64,000 nucleotides of DNA. Origin: a virus. A program made the position numbers and the translations under genes. This document shows positions 47,715-57,982 of this stretch, in pieces. Each line of letters starts with the position of its first letter. The stretch's first letter is position 1. The DNA lies in IMG/VR virus record IMGVR_UViG_3300031857_000055, positions 1 through 64,000 of that record. One strand, 5' to 3'. The notes under the pieces were generated by a model that saw only the letters and a program-made list of their open reading frames with translations, had not been told where the DNA came from and ran no database searches.

Positions 47715-48984
47715 CAAGAATAAAGTAGAAAAGTTAGTTACAGAAGGTAAGCATTTTTGCGTGTTGCCTTGGGTGCATTTTCATGCATGGCCCGATAAGC
47801 GAGTAATGCCTTGCTGCGTTGCTGACAGTAACATGCCGGTAGCTCAAATTGAGGGCGATCAATCTATTATTGAAATGATGAACAGCGACCGCTACAAGGA
47901 AATTCGTGCGGCGATGCTTGATGACATTGAAGTTCCTGAGTGTAAGCGTTGCTTTGACCTTGAGCTTATGGGTACATGGACTATGCGCCAGAGTCATAAT
48001 AAGCGCAGAGGTCAAGACTATGTAAACTACATTGCTGAGAACACACAAGAAGACGGTGCGCTCTCAGAGTTTGAAATGAAGTACATGGACATTCGTTTCA
48101 GCAATCTATGTAACATGAAGTGCCGTAGTTGTGGCCCAGACTGTTCAAGTCAGTGGGCGCAAGAGTTTGTTGACAAGCGTGGAAAACAAATGTGGGAAGA
48201 ATACTTCCCTAATCGTAAAGTAGTCATCAACAATAACGATGACCAAAAGTTTATGGTTAAGTTAAAGCCATATCTTGCAGACGTTTCAGAAGTATACTTT
48301 GCTGGCGGCGAAATTATTATTACGCCAGAGCATTATGAATGTCTTGATTATTGGGTTGAAAATGGTCAGGCAGATACTATTGAATTAAACTATACTACTA
48401 ATTTCTCAACATTACATGGATATAAAGACAAGAACCTACTTGAATATTGGAAGAAGTTCAAGAATATTCAAGTGTGGGCGTCATTAGATGCACACGGTGA
48501 TCTAGCCGAATGTATTCGTAAGGGCACTGATTGGGATAAGATCGTTGCTAACATTAAGAAGTTGAAGGAAGAACTTCCTCACGTACAATTGAGCATTACG
48601 CCTACTATTAGTATTTGGAATATCTTTAAGTTCCCTGACTTCTTTGACTACATGGTTGAAAACAATTTGCTGGATCTAACGATTAGTCCAAGATTTAATC
48701 TTGCGACTAGCCCATGGTATGCTAATGTCATGATTCTTCCTAGACATGTAAAGAACAGATTAGTTGAGCTTTACCGTGTTTATCAGAACAAGTACGGCAA
48801 AGATAATATGGATATTTATAATGGCTTCAAGATGATTATCTATAATCTAAGCGTAGGCGACGAAAACAAAGGAGGCATTCTGGAGTTCAAGCAGTTCAAT
48901 GACGAGCTGGATCAGTTTAGAAATGAGAAGTTTGAAGACCTTGTTCCGGAGATTAAGGAAGTGTACGAGTGGGCCGCAAGTTAA
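47707..48984 (+). CDS. Radical SAM enzyme with N-terminal twitch/SPASM-like domain (4)
   Basis: FCVLPWVH...MPCC...ECKRC, CNMKCRSC and AGGE. Start MIDKNK chosen by comparison with the paralogues. Confidence 0.92.
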   Translation: MIDKNKVEKLVTEGKHFCVLPWVHFHAWPDKRVMPCCVADSNMPVAQIEGDQSIIEMMNSDRYKEIRAAMLDDIEVPECKRCFDLELMGTWTMRQSHNKRRGQDYVNYIAENTQEDGALSEFEMKYMDIRFSNLCNMKCRSCGPDCSSQWAQEFVDKRGKQMWEEYFPNRKVVINNNDDQKFMVKLKPYLADVSEVYFAGGEIIITPEHYECLDYWVENGQADTIELNYTTNFSTLHGYKDKNLLEYWKKFKNIQVWASLDAHGDLAECIRKGTDWDKIVANIKKLKEELPHVQLSITPTISIWNIFKFPDFFDYMVENNLLDLTISPRFNLATSPWYANVMILPRHVKNRLVELYRVYQNKYGKDNMDIYNGFKMIIYNLSVGDENKGGILEFKQFNDELDQFRNEKFEDLVPEIKEVYEWAAS

Positions 48985-49931
48985 TTGCAATTGAGGCACC
49001 TGAGCAATATCTTGCTATTACATGGCAGGTAAACAATTTCTGCAACTTCCGCTGTAGTTATTGTAACCCTGGCAACTGGGCAGGCGAAAATCCTAACAAC
49101 GGTAACCTAGATATCTACATCAATAATCTCAAGGCGATCATTGACAAGTATCTTGATATAGGATATAAAAACTTTAAGTTCTTTTTCAGCGGCGGAGAGC
49201 CTACAGCTTGGAAGAACTTTATTCCTATCTGTGAATTTCTAAATGATTACGTATCATGTACATTAGCAGTCAATACGAATCTAAGCAGACCATTAGCCTG
49301 GTGGGAAAAACATCACCATTTATTTGATGACGTTGTTGCAAGTTATCACGTAGAGTTCGCTAAGAAGGAACGCTACGAAGAAAACAATATCTTTCTATGC
49401 GACAAAGTAAACTACTTGTCAACTAAAATGTTATTACACGATGAGAGATTTTGGGAAGTAGTTGAGTTCGGCAATCATCTAAAGACAGTGATGCCTAATT
49501 ACTTTATTGAGTGGACTCCGCTGTTTGACGAAATGACTGTCAACGCTGGCCCCTGGAAATATGCTGATCCGTTGAAAGAACAGTTTGTACGTGAGAACAC
49601 GATTGAAATCAAGCAGACACTACCTAAGCCCAATAAAAGATGTGAGACAGTCAGCTACAGTAGATATGATGATGGTTTTGTCACACCGACAAATAGCAAT
49701 CAAGTAATTGTAGATGGCGAGAACTTCTTTAGTGGCTGGAAATGCAACGTGGGCGATAGTATCTTCATTAGCCCTAATGGTCAAGTAAGCTTAGCAAGCT
49801 GCGGGCAAGGCGGCGTAGTAGGCCATATTTTAGAAGACATAAGTAAAGTAGGGCCCAAGCAAATCACATGCTTCAAGCAGCATTGTCATTGTGGCACCGA
49901 TATCATCATTCCCAAATTTAAGGTAGACTAA
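48969..49931 (+). CDS. Radical SAM enzyme with C-terminal twitch/SPASM-like Cys cluster (5)
   Basis: CNFRCSYC, SGGEPT, NTNLS, and C-terminal WKCNVG...ASC...TCFKQHCHCGTD. Confidence 0.9.
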   Translation: MGRKLIAIEAPEQYLAITWQVNNFCNFRCSYCNPGNWAGENPNNGNLDIYINNLKAIIDKYLDIGYKNFKFFFSGGEPTAWKNFIPICEFLNDYVSCTLAVNTNLSRPLAWWEKHHHLFDDVVASYHVEFAKKERYEENNIFLCDKVNYLSTKMLLHDERFWEVVEFGNHLKTVMPNYFIEWTPLFDEMTVNAGPWKYADPLKEQFVRENTIEIKQTLPKPNKRCETVSYSRYDDGFVTPTNSNQVIVDGENFFSGWKCNVGDSIFISPNGQVSLASCGQGGVVGHILEDISKVGPKQITCFKQHCHCGTDIIIPKFKVD

Positions 49932-51259
49932 TGGAAAAGACTAAAGTAGTATATAGTTGGATTGGACCAAGAGGTCCCATATGGAATACTGAGTTACCTA
50001 ATGTGTACTCTTTTGCATGTGTTACCTTCGAAGGCCAAACGAACAGCACTAAGTTTAACGCTGATGACACCTGGCTATCATTTTTTAGTCACGGCAAAGA
50101 CATGTTTGAAATGTATCCTTCTCCTGCTATTGAAGAAAATGATGACAGACATTTTATTATCCCCTTCTCACTTGTATGGAGAATCAACTTTGAAAGTTAT
50201 TTCTTAGGTAGAACAGGACTTCTGGAGTTTGCTCACACGCCATGGCACTTAATTAATCTGGTGCGTGAAAAGAATGGTTATATTTTGATTGACTACAGTG
50301 TAGAAGCATTCTTAGAGCATAGACACATCAATGCACTACATGCTTATTTTGGACAAATACATAATATACCATTGCACAAGATCATTTATTTGACCGGCAC
50401 GGTTAATGCTAAAGAAATTTATGATGAATATTGTTTAGTGAAGAACATTCCCGATACTCCCGAGAATCGTTTAACTATTGTACCATATGCAGCGTCACAG
50501 CATATATTCAGACCAAACCTCGAAGAACATCCCGAACCTGAATATAATACAGAGATAGTTCCGGAAAAGTTATTCTTATCATGGAATCGTAGATATAGGC
50601 AGCATAGACTTGAGCTTGCACCAATTCTTGAGCTACACAATGTAGTTGAGAGAAGTTATATTAGCTTCAGTAGATCACATATTGAAAATCCATCATTAGA
50701 CTTCTTAAATGAAGCCAGCTCACTGTCGTTACATAATAGATTCAATGATTTAGGAATAACTCGTGAAATCGTAGAACGATTTTATAATAGACTTCCATTA
50801 GTATTAGATGGAGAAGACGAAATTGTACAAATGTGTCAAGACCATGATAACGTATCAAGACCTTATTATCAGAATAGTTTGATCAGCTTGATAACTGAAA
50901 CGAACTTTTACAATGTTGAAGGAACATTAACTGAGAAAAGCTTTAAGCCCTTCAAAGAAAAGCATCCATTCATATTAGTAGGGGCATTTGGCTGCTTGAA
51001 AGCTATGAGAGATTTGGGCTTTAGAACATTCGGAGAATTTTGGGATGAGAGTTATGATACAATTCAAGATCCTACTCTGAGAATGAAAGCTATTGCTAAA
51101 ATTATTGAGCAAATGAGTCATTGGTCTAACGAGCAAATATTAGAGTTTAGACGCAATGTTAAACCAATATTGGATCATAACTATCAAGTATTAAAAAATA
51201 GTAGCCGCAGACACATAGTTGAAAAAGTACATCATATTGTGCGAGGAAGCGATGCGTAA
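49931..51259 (+). CDS. GT-B glycosyltransferase-like protein, GT10/fucosyltransferase-like motif (a)
   Basis: FLSWNRRYRQHR, SLITETNFY...LTEKSFKPF..KHPFILVG and GFRTF..WDESYD. The TEK...P..+G spacing recalls the GT10 motif. Confidence 0.55.
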   Translation: MEKTKVVYSWIGPRGPIWNTELPNVYSFACVTFEGQTNSTKFNADDTWLSFFSHGKDMFEMYPSPAIEENDDRHFIIPFSLVWRINFESYFLGRTGLLEFAHTPWHLINLVREKNGYILIDYSVEAFLEHRHINALHAYFGQIHNIPLHKIIYLTGTVNAKEIYDEYCLVKNIPDTPENRLTIVPYAASQHIFRPNLEEHPEPEYNTEIVPEKLFLSWNRRYRQHRLELAPILELHNVVERSYISFSRSHIENPSLDFLNEASSLSLHNRFNDLGITREIVERFYNRLPLVLDGEDEIVQMCQDHDNVSRPYYQNSLISLITETNFYNVEGTLTEKSFKPFKEKHPFILVGAFGCLKAMRDLGFRTFGEFWDESYDTIQDPTLRMKAIAKIIEQMSHWSNEQILEFRRNVKPILDHNYQVLKNSSRRHIVEKVHHIVRGSDA

Positions 51260-52232
51260 GACAATATTAGTATGTGGGGCGGGTGGTTTTATTGGAAATT
51301 ACTTAGTAGACAGTTTAAAAAGTCAAGGACATTATGTTGTTGGCACTGACTTAAAGAAGCCAATATATAATGAAACTTCAGCAGATGAATTCTATATTAA
51401 AGATTTGAGAGACAAGGATAATGTAGACTATCTATTGTACCTGCACAATTATGACGAAGTATATCAGTTAGCTGCTGACATGGGTGGTGCAGGATATATC
51501 TTTACTGGCGAACACGATGCCGATATCATGCACAACTCAGTTACTATCAATTTGAATGTATTACGAGCAATGATTAAATCAGGGTGCAAGAAAATATTCT
51601 ATAGCTCAAGTGCATGTATGTATCCAGAGCATAATCAACTTGACCCCGATAATCCTATACTGAGCGAAGACAGTGCATACCCTGCTAATCCAGATAGCGA
51701 GTATGGTTGGGAGAAGCTATTCAGCGAACGACTATACATGACTTATGCTAAGAACTATGGCATGGATGTTCGTATCGCACGTTTTCATAATGTGTTTGGA
51801 CCCAATGGAAGCTGGAACAACGGCAAAGAAAAAGCGCCAGCCGCACTATGTAGAAAAGTGGCACTTGCTGATGACAACGGTGAAGTAGAGATTTGGGGTC
51901 CGGGTAATCAGACACGAAGCTTTCTATACATTGATGAGTGTATAGAAGGCATCCATCGTATCATGAATAGTGATTACGATAAGCCCGTCAATCTCGGCAG
52001 TGAACGCATGATTAGCATCAATGACCTTGTGTTACTGATTGCCAGTTTAACTAATAAGAAAGTCACTATCAAGAACGTTGACGGGCCTCGCGGCGTCATG
52101 GGTAGAAAGAGTGACAACAGACTGATTCAAGAAGTCACTGGCTGGAAACCACACGAAGATTTAGAGACAGGTTTAATCAAGACATATCGCTGGATCAATG
52201 AACAGATCATGTTGGGTAGAATAGATCAATAA
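51252..52232 (+). CDS. GDP-mannose 3',5'-epimerase-like NAD-dependent epimerase
   Basis: GAGGFIG, LAADMGG, YSSSACMYPE, EYGWEK and RFHNVFGP..W..GKEKAPAALCRK closely match the plant/bacterial GME pattern, including the catalytic Cys, Tyr and Lys. Confidence 0.9.
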   Translation: MRKTILVCGAGGFIGNYLVDSLKSQGHYVVGTDLKKPIYNETSADEFYIKDLRDKDNVDYLLYLHNYDEVYQLAADMGGAGYIFTGEHDADIMHNSVTINLNVLRAMIKSGCKKIFYSSSACMYPEHNQLDPDNPILSEDSAYPANPDSEYGWEKLFSERLYMTYAKNYGMDVRIARFHNVFGPNGSWNNGKEKAPAALCRKVALADDNGEVEIWGPGNQTRSFLYIDECIEGIHRIMNSDYDKPVNLGSERMISINDLVLLIASLTNKKVTIKNVDGPRGVMGRKSDNRLIQEVTGWKPHEDLETGLIKTYRWINEQIMLGRIDQ

Positions 52233-53299
52233 TGTCTCAATCTGTATACGTTGTTCATCATAGTCAACAATACAATAATTACCAATGGGAAAAAGAAATT
52301 GCAGAAATTAATTCTATAAACCCGGACGTAGTATTGTGTTTTTGTTTAGAAGAATTTGACGTTAAGTACCTCTTTAGAAATTTTTTTCCTAAAGTAAGTG
52401 AATGGGCAGTAGCAAACAATAAATTAGTAAAAGTATTGGTATCTAACCCAGATAATATAGAATTGTTTCCTAACGTCATTACAGAAAGTACATTTGGATT
52501 TTATTATGCAATGATAGGAGTAGTTCACGCTGCTATTGCAAATAAGCAAGAAGTCACTCCCGTGTTATGCGATAAAGTGTTTACTTGCTACAACAATAAC
52601 CCTAAGTATGAACGAGCCTTGCTTATAGAGGAATTAGCAAAGCGACATTTAATGCAGCACGGTCTTGTTACTTTCTTATATCCTGAGGAGGTACAAAGAA
52701 GTTATGATTCAACGGAGTTTGCAGGGTGGCAATATCACGATGGAACTAAGCTTGTAGATGAATATGACTTTGAATTAAATTCTCGCACTGAGTTTAGACC
52801 AGACGTATTACCTAAAAGTTACCTCAGGGGCTTTGTTGATTTAGTATCAGAAAGCAATGTCAGACCTAGTGAGTTCTTCACTACAGAAAAGACAGCTAAA
52901 CCAATTGCTACGTTAAAGCCCTTTATATGTTTGGCTAATCCCGGCTATCATAAATTCTTAGTAGAAGAATATGGTTTAGAGCTATATGATGAATTATTTG
53001 ACTATAGCTTTGATGAGGAAACCGATTTAACTAAGCGAATTTCTATGATCGCGGACAACATAGAAAAGGTAGTACGATGTTATGATGACGATTATAAACT
53101 TTCTATCTATGAAAAGCTGTTTCCCAAACTGTTGATAAACAGACAACGTTTTGTGGACTATGGTTCAAATAGAAACAAAATGATGATTCACACAATTGAA
53201 CATGTTGTAACTAATAATTACACAGTATACGGAAGCGAGACAGGCCTCAATGAGGTCAAAACTCTCATAGAAAACTATAAAAAGGAAAACTGGTTGTGA
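52232..53299 (+). CDS. GT-B glycosyltransferase-like protein, GT10-like motif (b)
   Basis: FTCYNNNPKYER, VDLVSES...FTTEKTAKPI..LKPFICL and ELFDYSFD motifs. Confidence 0.55.
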   Translation: MSQSVYVVHHSQQYNNYQWEKEIAEINSINPDVVLCFCLEEFDVKYLFRNFFPKVSEWAVANNKLVKVLVSNPDNIELFPNVITESTFGFYYAMIGVVHAAIANKQEVTPVLCDKVFTCYNNNPKYERALLIEELAKRHLMQHGLVTFLYPEEVQRSYDSTEFAGWQYHDGTKLVDEYDFELNSRTEFRPDVLPKSYLRGFVDLVSESNVRPSEFFTTEKTAKPIATLKPFICLANPGYHKFLVEEYGLELYDELFDYSFDEETDLTKRISMIADNIEKVVRCYDDDYKLSIYEKLFPKLLINRQRFVDYGSNRNKMMIHTIEHVVTNNYTVYGSETGLNEVKTLIENYKKENWL

Positions 53300-54162
53300 A
53301 CAAGTATATAATTGGATTGGGCTGTAGTTGGACACAAGGCGAAGGCGGCTACCCTGAACATATTTGGGAACAGTATAATGGTCGCCCGCAAATCAGTTTG
53401 CGCGGGCATTGCGACTATCATATACGACACTATGAACATGAGAACAGTTGGGTAAATGTACTGTGTCGTGATCACTTTCCTGACTACACGCCCATGAATC
53501 TAGGCGTCAAAGGTATCGGCAATCGTGCTGCAATTGAGCAATTATATTTCTGTGATAGAGTAGACTTTGATAATAGTGAAGTCATTATAGTATTAATGCT
53601 TAGCGGCTTTGAGAGACTGGACTTACCCGCTACATACTGCGACGGCGATCAATTAGACGATGGATATAGTAACGGAGATTATCGTCACTATAAATGGAAT
53701 ACAGCTTGGCCCCACGATTCTGCAAATCTGTTTTGGAAAGCATATGCTAAAGAACTATACTCAGAAAAATTCGTTGCTGTTGGACAGTTGTTAGCATTGT
53801 TACACCTGCAAGATTTCTGCAAAACACACAATTGTAAACTAATAGTTGCTAATGCGTTTAATCAACGTAATCAGGGTATACTTGAATATCTGAAGGAAGA
53901 AACCAAATCACTATTTGACAAGTTTGACTGGAGTACTTACTTACACAATACTACAGACTATGTTGCATTCGTAGAGAAATTAGTTGAGTTAGATGGCATC
54001 ATACCAAGGGATCAATGGCAAAGTTTTCATCAAGCATATTTTAACAGAACATGGCCAGCAAAATATCTTACAAATTGCGAAGGCGCACACCCTACTATTG
54101 ACGGATACAAAGTAATTGCAGCCGAGCTTGCAAAGTTCATTAAATACAAGAACTATGCGTAA
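53296..54162 (+). CDS. SGNH/GDSL-like hydrolase or acyltransferase (a)
   Basis: Block I GLGCSWTQG, block II NLGVKGIGN and C-terminal AHPTIDGYKVIA. Confidence 0.7.
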   Translation: MNKYIIGLGCSWTQGEGGYPEHIWEQYNGRPQISLRGHCDYHIRHYEHENSWVNVLCRDHFPDYTPMNLGVKGIGNRAAIEQLYFCDRVDFDNSEVIIVLMLSGFERLDLPATYCDGDQLDDGYSNGDYRHYKWNTAWPHDSANLFWKAYAKELYSEKFVAVGQLLALLHLQDFCKTHNCKLIVANAFNQRNQGILEYLKEETKSLFDKFDWSTYLHNTTDYVAFVEKLVELDGIIPRDQWQSFHQAYFNRTWPAKYLTNCEGAHPTIDGYKVIAAELAKFIKYKNYA

Positions 54163-56086
54163 GAGAAAAATAAGCTTTGTCAACCCCAATTTTAATCAGG
54201 GTCCCAAAGAATTTAATGCCTATTATTTACCATATACTTCCGCAGTATTGTGGGCGTACGCCAGTCAATTCGAACATATCAGTACTCATATTGAGTTGGG
54301 TGAGTTTATTTGGCATAGAGAACCTATTGAAGACGTAGTTGAAAGATTAAAAGACCACGACATTGTTGCTCTATCTACGTATATTTGGAATAGAAATTAT
54401 AATCATGTATTAGGCCGCTCTCTTAAATTAGCTAATCCAGATATGCTGATTATTAGCGGCGGCCCAGAACCTCCCATTACCAACCCCAACTTCTTTGAGC
54501 TATTCCCTTATATTGATATCTGTTCTATTCAAGAAGGTGAGAAATCGCTGAAGGCTATTTTAGAACATTATTTGGAAGGCAACACTGACTATACAGATAT
54601 CAAAGGGTTGTTAATCAACGTCGATGGTAAAGCAGTCAACACGGGTAATCCAGATCGCATTAGTGACCTTGATACTATCCCCAGCCCATATCTCGTTGGC
54701 ATGTTTGACCACTTGTTTGAGAAGCATCCTGAAGTACGATGGAACGTTACATTAGAAACTAATCGCGGCTGTCCATATATGTGTACCTTCTGCGACTGGG
54801 GAAGCCTCACATATAGCAAAGTCAAGAAGTTTGATGAGACACGAGTATACAAAGAGCTTGAGTGGATTGGACAGAAGGGCTGCGACTTTGTAAGTATCAC
54901 TGATGCAAACTTCGGTATCTTCCCTGAGCGTGATATGGCTATCGCCCGCAAACTTGTCGAAGTGCAGCAACAGTATAGCAATCCAAAAGCTTACACAATA
55001 TCTTGGGCAAAGAATCAAAAGAAAGAAGTAGTTGACATTGTTAAGATGTTGATATATGAAGGCGGTAGCAAGATTGGTCTTAATCTCTCAGTACAGAGCA
55101 TGGACGAGCATACATTAGAGGTAATCAAGCGTAAGAATCTTGACACTAATAAGATTGAAGAAGTCTTTGATATGTGTGAAGAAAACAATATTCCATTATA
55201 CACTGAGTTGATTCTTGGCTTGCCCGGCGAAACAATGGAAAGTTGGAAAGAGAATTTCTATAGACTGTACAAGGCAGGCAACCACACTGGCATCACTATC
55301 TATCAGGCACAGTTGCTTGAGAACGCCGAAATGAACTTGACCCAACGTGAAAAATATCAACTGAAGGGTCAGATTGTATATGACTATCTGGTAGGAACAT
55401 ATAACGAGCATGAAGTTCGTGAGGGTATTGAAGTTGTTACTTCAACCATTGATTTGCCTATTGACAAAATGAATGAGGCACAAGTATTCAGTTGGTTTCA
55501 AAATACATTTCACATTAATGGCATCACTAATTACATTAGTCGTGTGCTATATAAAAAGTATGGCATTGAGTATAGCCAGTTCTATACTGACTTGCTTGAA
55601 TATATTAAGACGGATGAGTGGCTCAACAGTGAAATTGAACGTATCAGTGAGCATTATTTAAATTGGAATACTGAGGGCGCAATTGATCACGTTCCTATTC
55701 AGGGAATTGAAATTCATGGCTGGAACTTAGTGCATAGTACTATCATTAACTTAGCTAACCTAGATATGCACGACCATGTATTCAATGTGCTTGAAGAATT
55801 CTTAAAGACTACATACGAATTCTTACCTGAATCATTACTAAATGATTTAATGATGGTGCAAAGAAACTATCTAATCAAGTATAATGGCATACAATCATAT
55901 CCTAGAATAGTAGAACTTAAGCACGATATCTTTGGTTACGTACAGAATATGACTGAGTTAGACAGTGCTGCAACATATCACTTTGACTTCCCTGAAGACA
56001 AAACTATGTCACTAAGACAGTTCTGTGAGCAGATTTTCTTTGCAAGACGTAGAAACTTTGGAAAAGCATGGGTAACTAAATTATGA
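54155..56086 (+). CDS. Cobalamin-dependent radical SAM enzyme (a)
   Basis: B12-binding-type N-terminus (ALSTYIWN, SGGPE, QEGE), ETNRGCPYMCTFCDWG, ITDANFG and ELILGLPGET. Confidence 0.9.
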   Translation: MRKRKISFVNPNFNQGPKEFNAYYLPYTSAVLWAYASQFEHISTHIELGEFIWHREPIEDVVERLKDHDIVALSTYIWNRNYNHVLGRSLKLANPDMLIISGGPEPPITNPNFFELFPYIDICSIQEGEKSLKAILEHYLEGNTDYTDIKGLLINVDGKAVNTGNPDRISDLDTIPSPYLVGMFDHLFEKHPEVRWNVTLETNRGCPYMCTFCDWGSLTYSKVKKFDETRVYKELEWIGQKGCDFVSITDANFGIFPERDMAIARKLVEVQQQYSNPKAYTISWAKNQKKEVVDIVKMLIYEGGSKIGLNLSVQSMDEHTLEVIKRKNLDTNKIEEVFDMCEENNIPLYTELILGLPGETMESWKENFYRLYKAGNHTGITIYQAQLLENAEMNLTQREKYQLKGQIVYDYLVGTYNEHEVREGIEVVTSTIDLPIDKMNEAQVFSWFQNTFHINGITNYISRVLYKKYGIEYSQFYTDLLEYIKTDEWLNSEIERISEHYLNWNTEGAIDHVPIQGIEIHGWNLVHSTIINLANLDMHDHVFNVLEEFLKTTYEFLPESLLNDLMMVQRNYLIKYNGIQSYPRIVELKHDIFGYVQNMTELDSAATYHFDFPEDKTMSLRQFCEQIFFARRRNFGKAWVTKL

Positions 56087-57183
56087 TTATAAATCAAGAC
56101 AACATATTATATTACGGAAACAGCGGCCCCGAACTTAGACTACAAAGTTCATTGTTTAATATCAGAGACTTCAGTGATACAGACTATTGGTATATTGATT
56201 TCTTTCACGGTGAAGCACTTAAGGATGTGCATCAACATCTTCCCGAAGATGTACTGAATCGAATTCGTTTGGGTAGCGTTACATTAATATTGAACAATAG
56301 TCACGAAGCATACCATGATGTTGTAGAATATATCTATTTGTATTTGGTAGATGGTCTTAGTATTCCGGCTCAGCACATTACACTATTGAGTGAGAGTGCT
56401 ATTATTAATGAAGAAGTCAAGACAATTGCTAATAAGTATAATCTACCTGAAATAAAAACTGAGTGGCTTAGAATATTTGAACACAACATTCATGTTGCTA
56501 CTACCAAAACATTGAACACACTACAAGAAAAAGAATACACTAAAAAGTTTCTGAATCTAAATCGCAGATGGAGACCGCACAGGCCATTGTTTGTGGCATT
56601 GCTCAAGATTAATGACCTATTAGATCAGGGTTATGTGAGTATGGCTCCAGCAGATGACAATCAAGATTGGGAGAGAGCGTGGGACATGATTTCATATCTA
56701 GAGCCTGACTTGATCCCGCATAAAGATAATCTTGCTACTATTCCTGATTTATATCTGGATACTCGTGAAATGCATATCAATCAAGTGGCGTTGACTGACA
56801 GCACCGATCAATATTATCTTGACTCATATTTCAGCATTGTATCAGAGACAAACTTCTATAAAGAATATGGCCCAGGATTGTTTCTTAGCGAAAAGGTATT
56901 CAAGCCTGTCAGCAGAAGGCATCCTTTCTTAGTATTAGCTCGTCCACATACTATCAAGAAATTCAACGAGCTTGGCTATCGTAGCTTTAGCGAAATAATT
57001 GATGAGTCATACGATAATGAGTTTGATGACCGCAAACGAATGATGATGGTTCTTGAAGAAACTAAACGTCTCTGCAACCTAACAGTTGATGAGTTGAAAC
57101 ATTTCTTAAAGGTGGCAAGAGAGATAACACTACACAACTACCTACTACTCAGAAACAAAAGAAACTTTATTACAAAATTATGA
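56083..57183 (+). CDS. GT-B glycosyltransferase-like protein, GT10-like motif (c)
   Basis: KFLNLNRRWRPHR, FSIVSETNFY...FLSEKVFKP...HPFLVL and GYRSF..IDESYD motifs. Confidence 0.55.
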   Translation: MIINQDNILYYGNSGPELRLQSSLFNIRDFSDTDYWYIDFFHGEALKDVHQHLPEDVLNRIRLGSVTLILNNSHEAYHDVVEYIYLYLVDGLSIPAQHITLLSESAIINEEVKTIANKYNLPEIKTEWLRIFEHNIHVATTKTLNTLQEKEYTKKFLNLNRRWRPHRPLFVALLKINDLLDQGYVSMAPADDNQDWERAWDMISYLEPDLIPHKDNLATIPDLYLDTREMHINQVALTDSTDQYYLDSYFSIVSETNFYKEYGPGLFLSEKVFKPVSRRHPFLVLARPHTIKKFNELGYRSFSEIIDESYDNEFDDRKRMMMVLEETKRLCNLTVDELKHFLKVAREITLHNYLLLRNKRNFITKL

Positions 57184-57959
57184 ACCTAGATTTAACAAAA
57201 TACAAGAGGCTGTTTACATTTGGATGTAGCTTTACAAACTACAGATTTCCTACCTGGGCGCATATACTTAGTAAGTCTATGCCTGACTGTGAGTTTCATA
57301 ACTTAGGCAGAGGCAGCGGAGGCAACCTGTTCATTGCAAATAGAATCACTGAGGCTAATAAGAAGTTCAAGTTCTGTGAGACTGATTTGGTTATAGTAAT
57401 GTGGTCTACGTTATGCAGAGAAGATAGATTTGTAAACGACAATTGGGTATTGGCTGGCAACATCTTTACGCAAGGGTATTACGATGACAAGTTTGTAAAG
57501 AAGTTTTGTGATCCAGTTGGTTATCTTATTAGAGATTTATCCTTGATTGAATTGTCTAAAACATATCTGAACAGTTTGCTATGTGACAACTATATGATGC
57601 TGAGCGTTCCATTCACTAATCAGATTGTGGAAGAAACAAAGACTACAACTGATGTATTAGCAACATACCGGGATCTTATCAATAGTTTCCCTGCATCAAT
57701 GTTTGAGCTTGAAATGAATAATTCGTGGACTAACGATGTGATTTATAGAATGTCTGATGGTCAAGTTCAAGTAGATTATCATCCGACTCCAATGAACTAC
57801 TATAACTATTTGACCAAGCTCGGCTTTGCTCTAAATGAGGATAGTAAGTTATATGCATTGGAAAGCGACAAGACATATAGGACCGTAGAATCCATTGAGC
57901 AACTACAAGCATTATTCTATGAGGAGTATGACTTCTTCACTACAAAAAACATGTGGTGA
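57180..57959 (+). CDS. SGNH/GDSL-like hydrolase or acyltransferase (b)
   Basis: FGCSFT, NLGRGSGGN, CREDRF and DYHP motifs. Confidence 0.7.
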   Translation: MNLDLTKYKRLFTFGCSFTNYRFPTWAHILSKSMPDCEFHNLGRGSGGNLFIANRITEANKKFKFCETDLVIVMWSTLCREDRFVNDNWVLAGNIFTQGYYDDKFVKKFCDPVGYLIRDLSLIELSKTYLNSLLCDNYMMLSVPFTNQIVEETKTTTDVLATYRDLINSFPASMFELEMNNSWTNDVIYRMSDGQVQVDYHPTPMNYYNYLTKLGFALNEDSKLYALESDKTYRTVESIEQLQALFYEEYDFFTTKNMW

Positions 57960-57968
57960 AATGTGTCC

Positions 57969-57976
57969 AATAAATA
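57969..57976 (+). promoter_or_regulatory. Putative late promoter (AATAAATA), leaderless
   Basis: Box in a 23-nt intergenic gap, with ATG 57983 6 nt downstream and no Shine-Dalgarno. Confidence 0.6.
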
Positions 57977-57982
57977 GTTGCA

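Noticed and set aside
54139-54146. Additional TAAATA hexamers inside coding sequence (e.g. 37538, 39128, 54141)
   Set aside because: A 6-mer this AT-rich occurs often by chance; only intergenic or stop-adjacent copies were reported as promoters.
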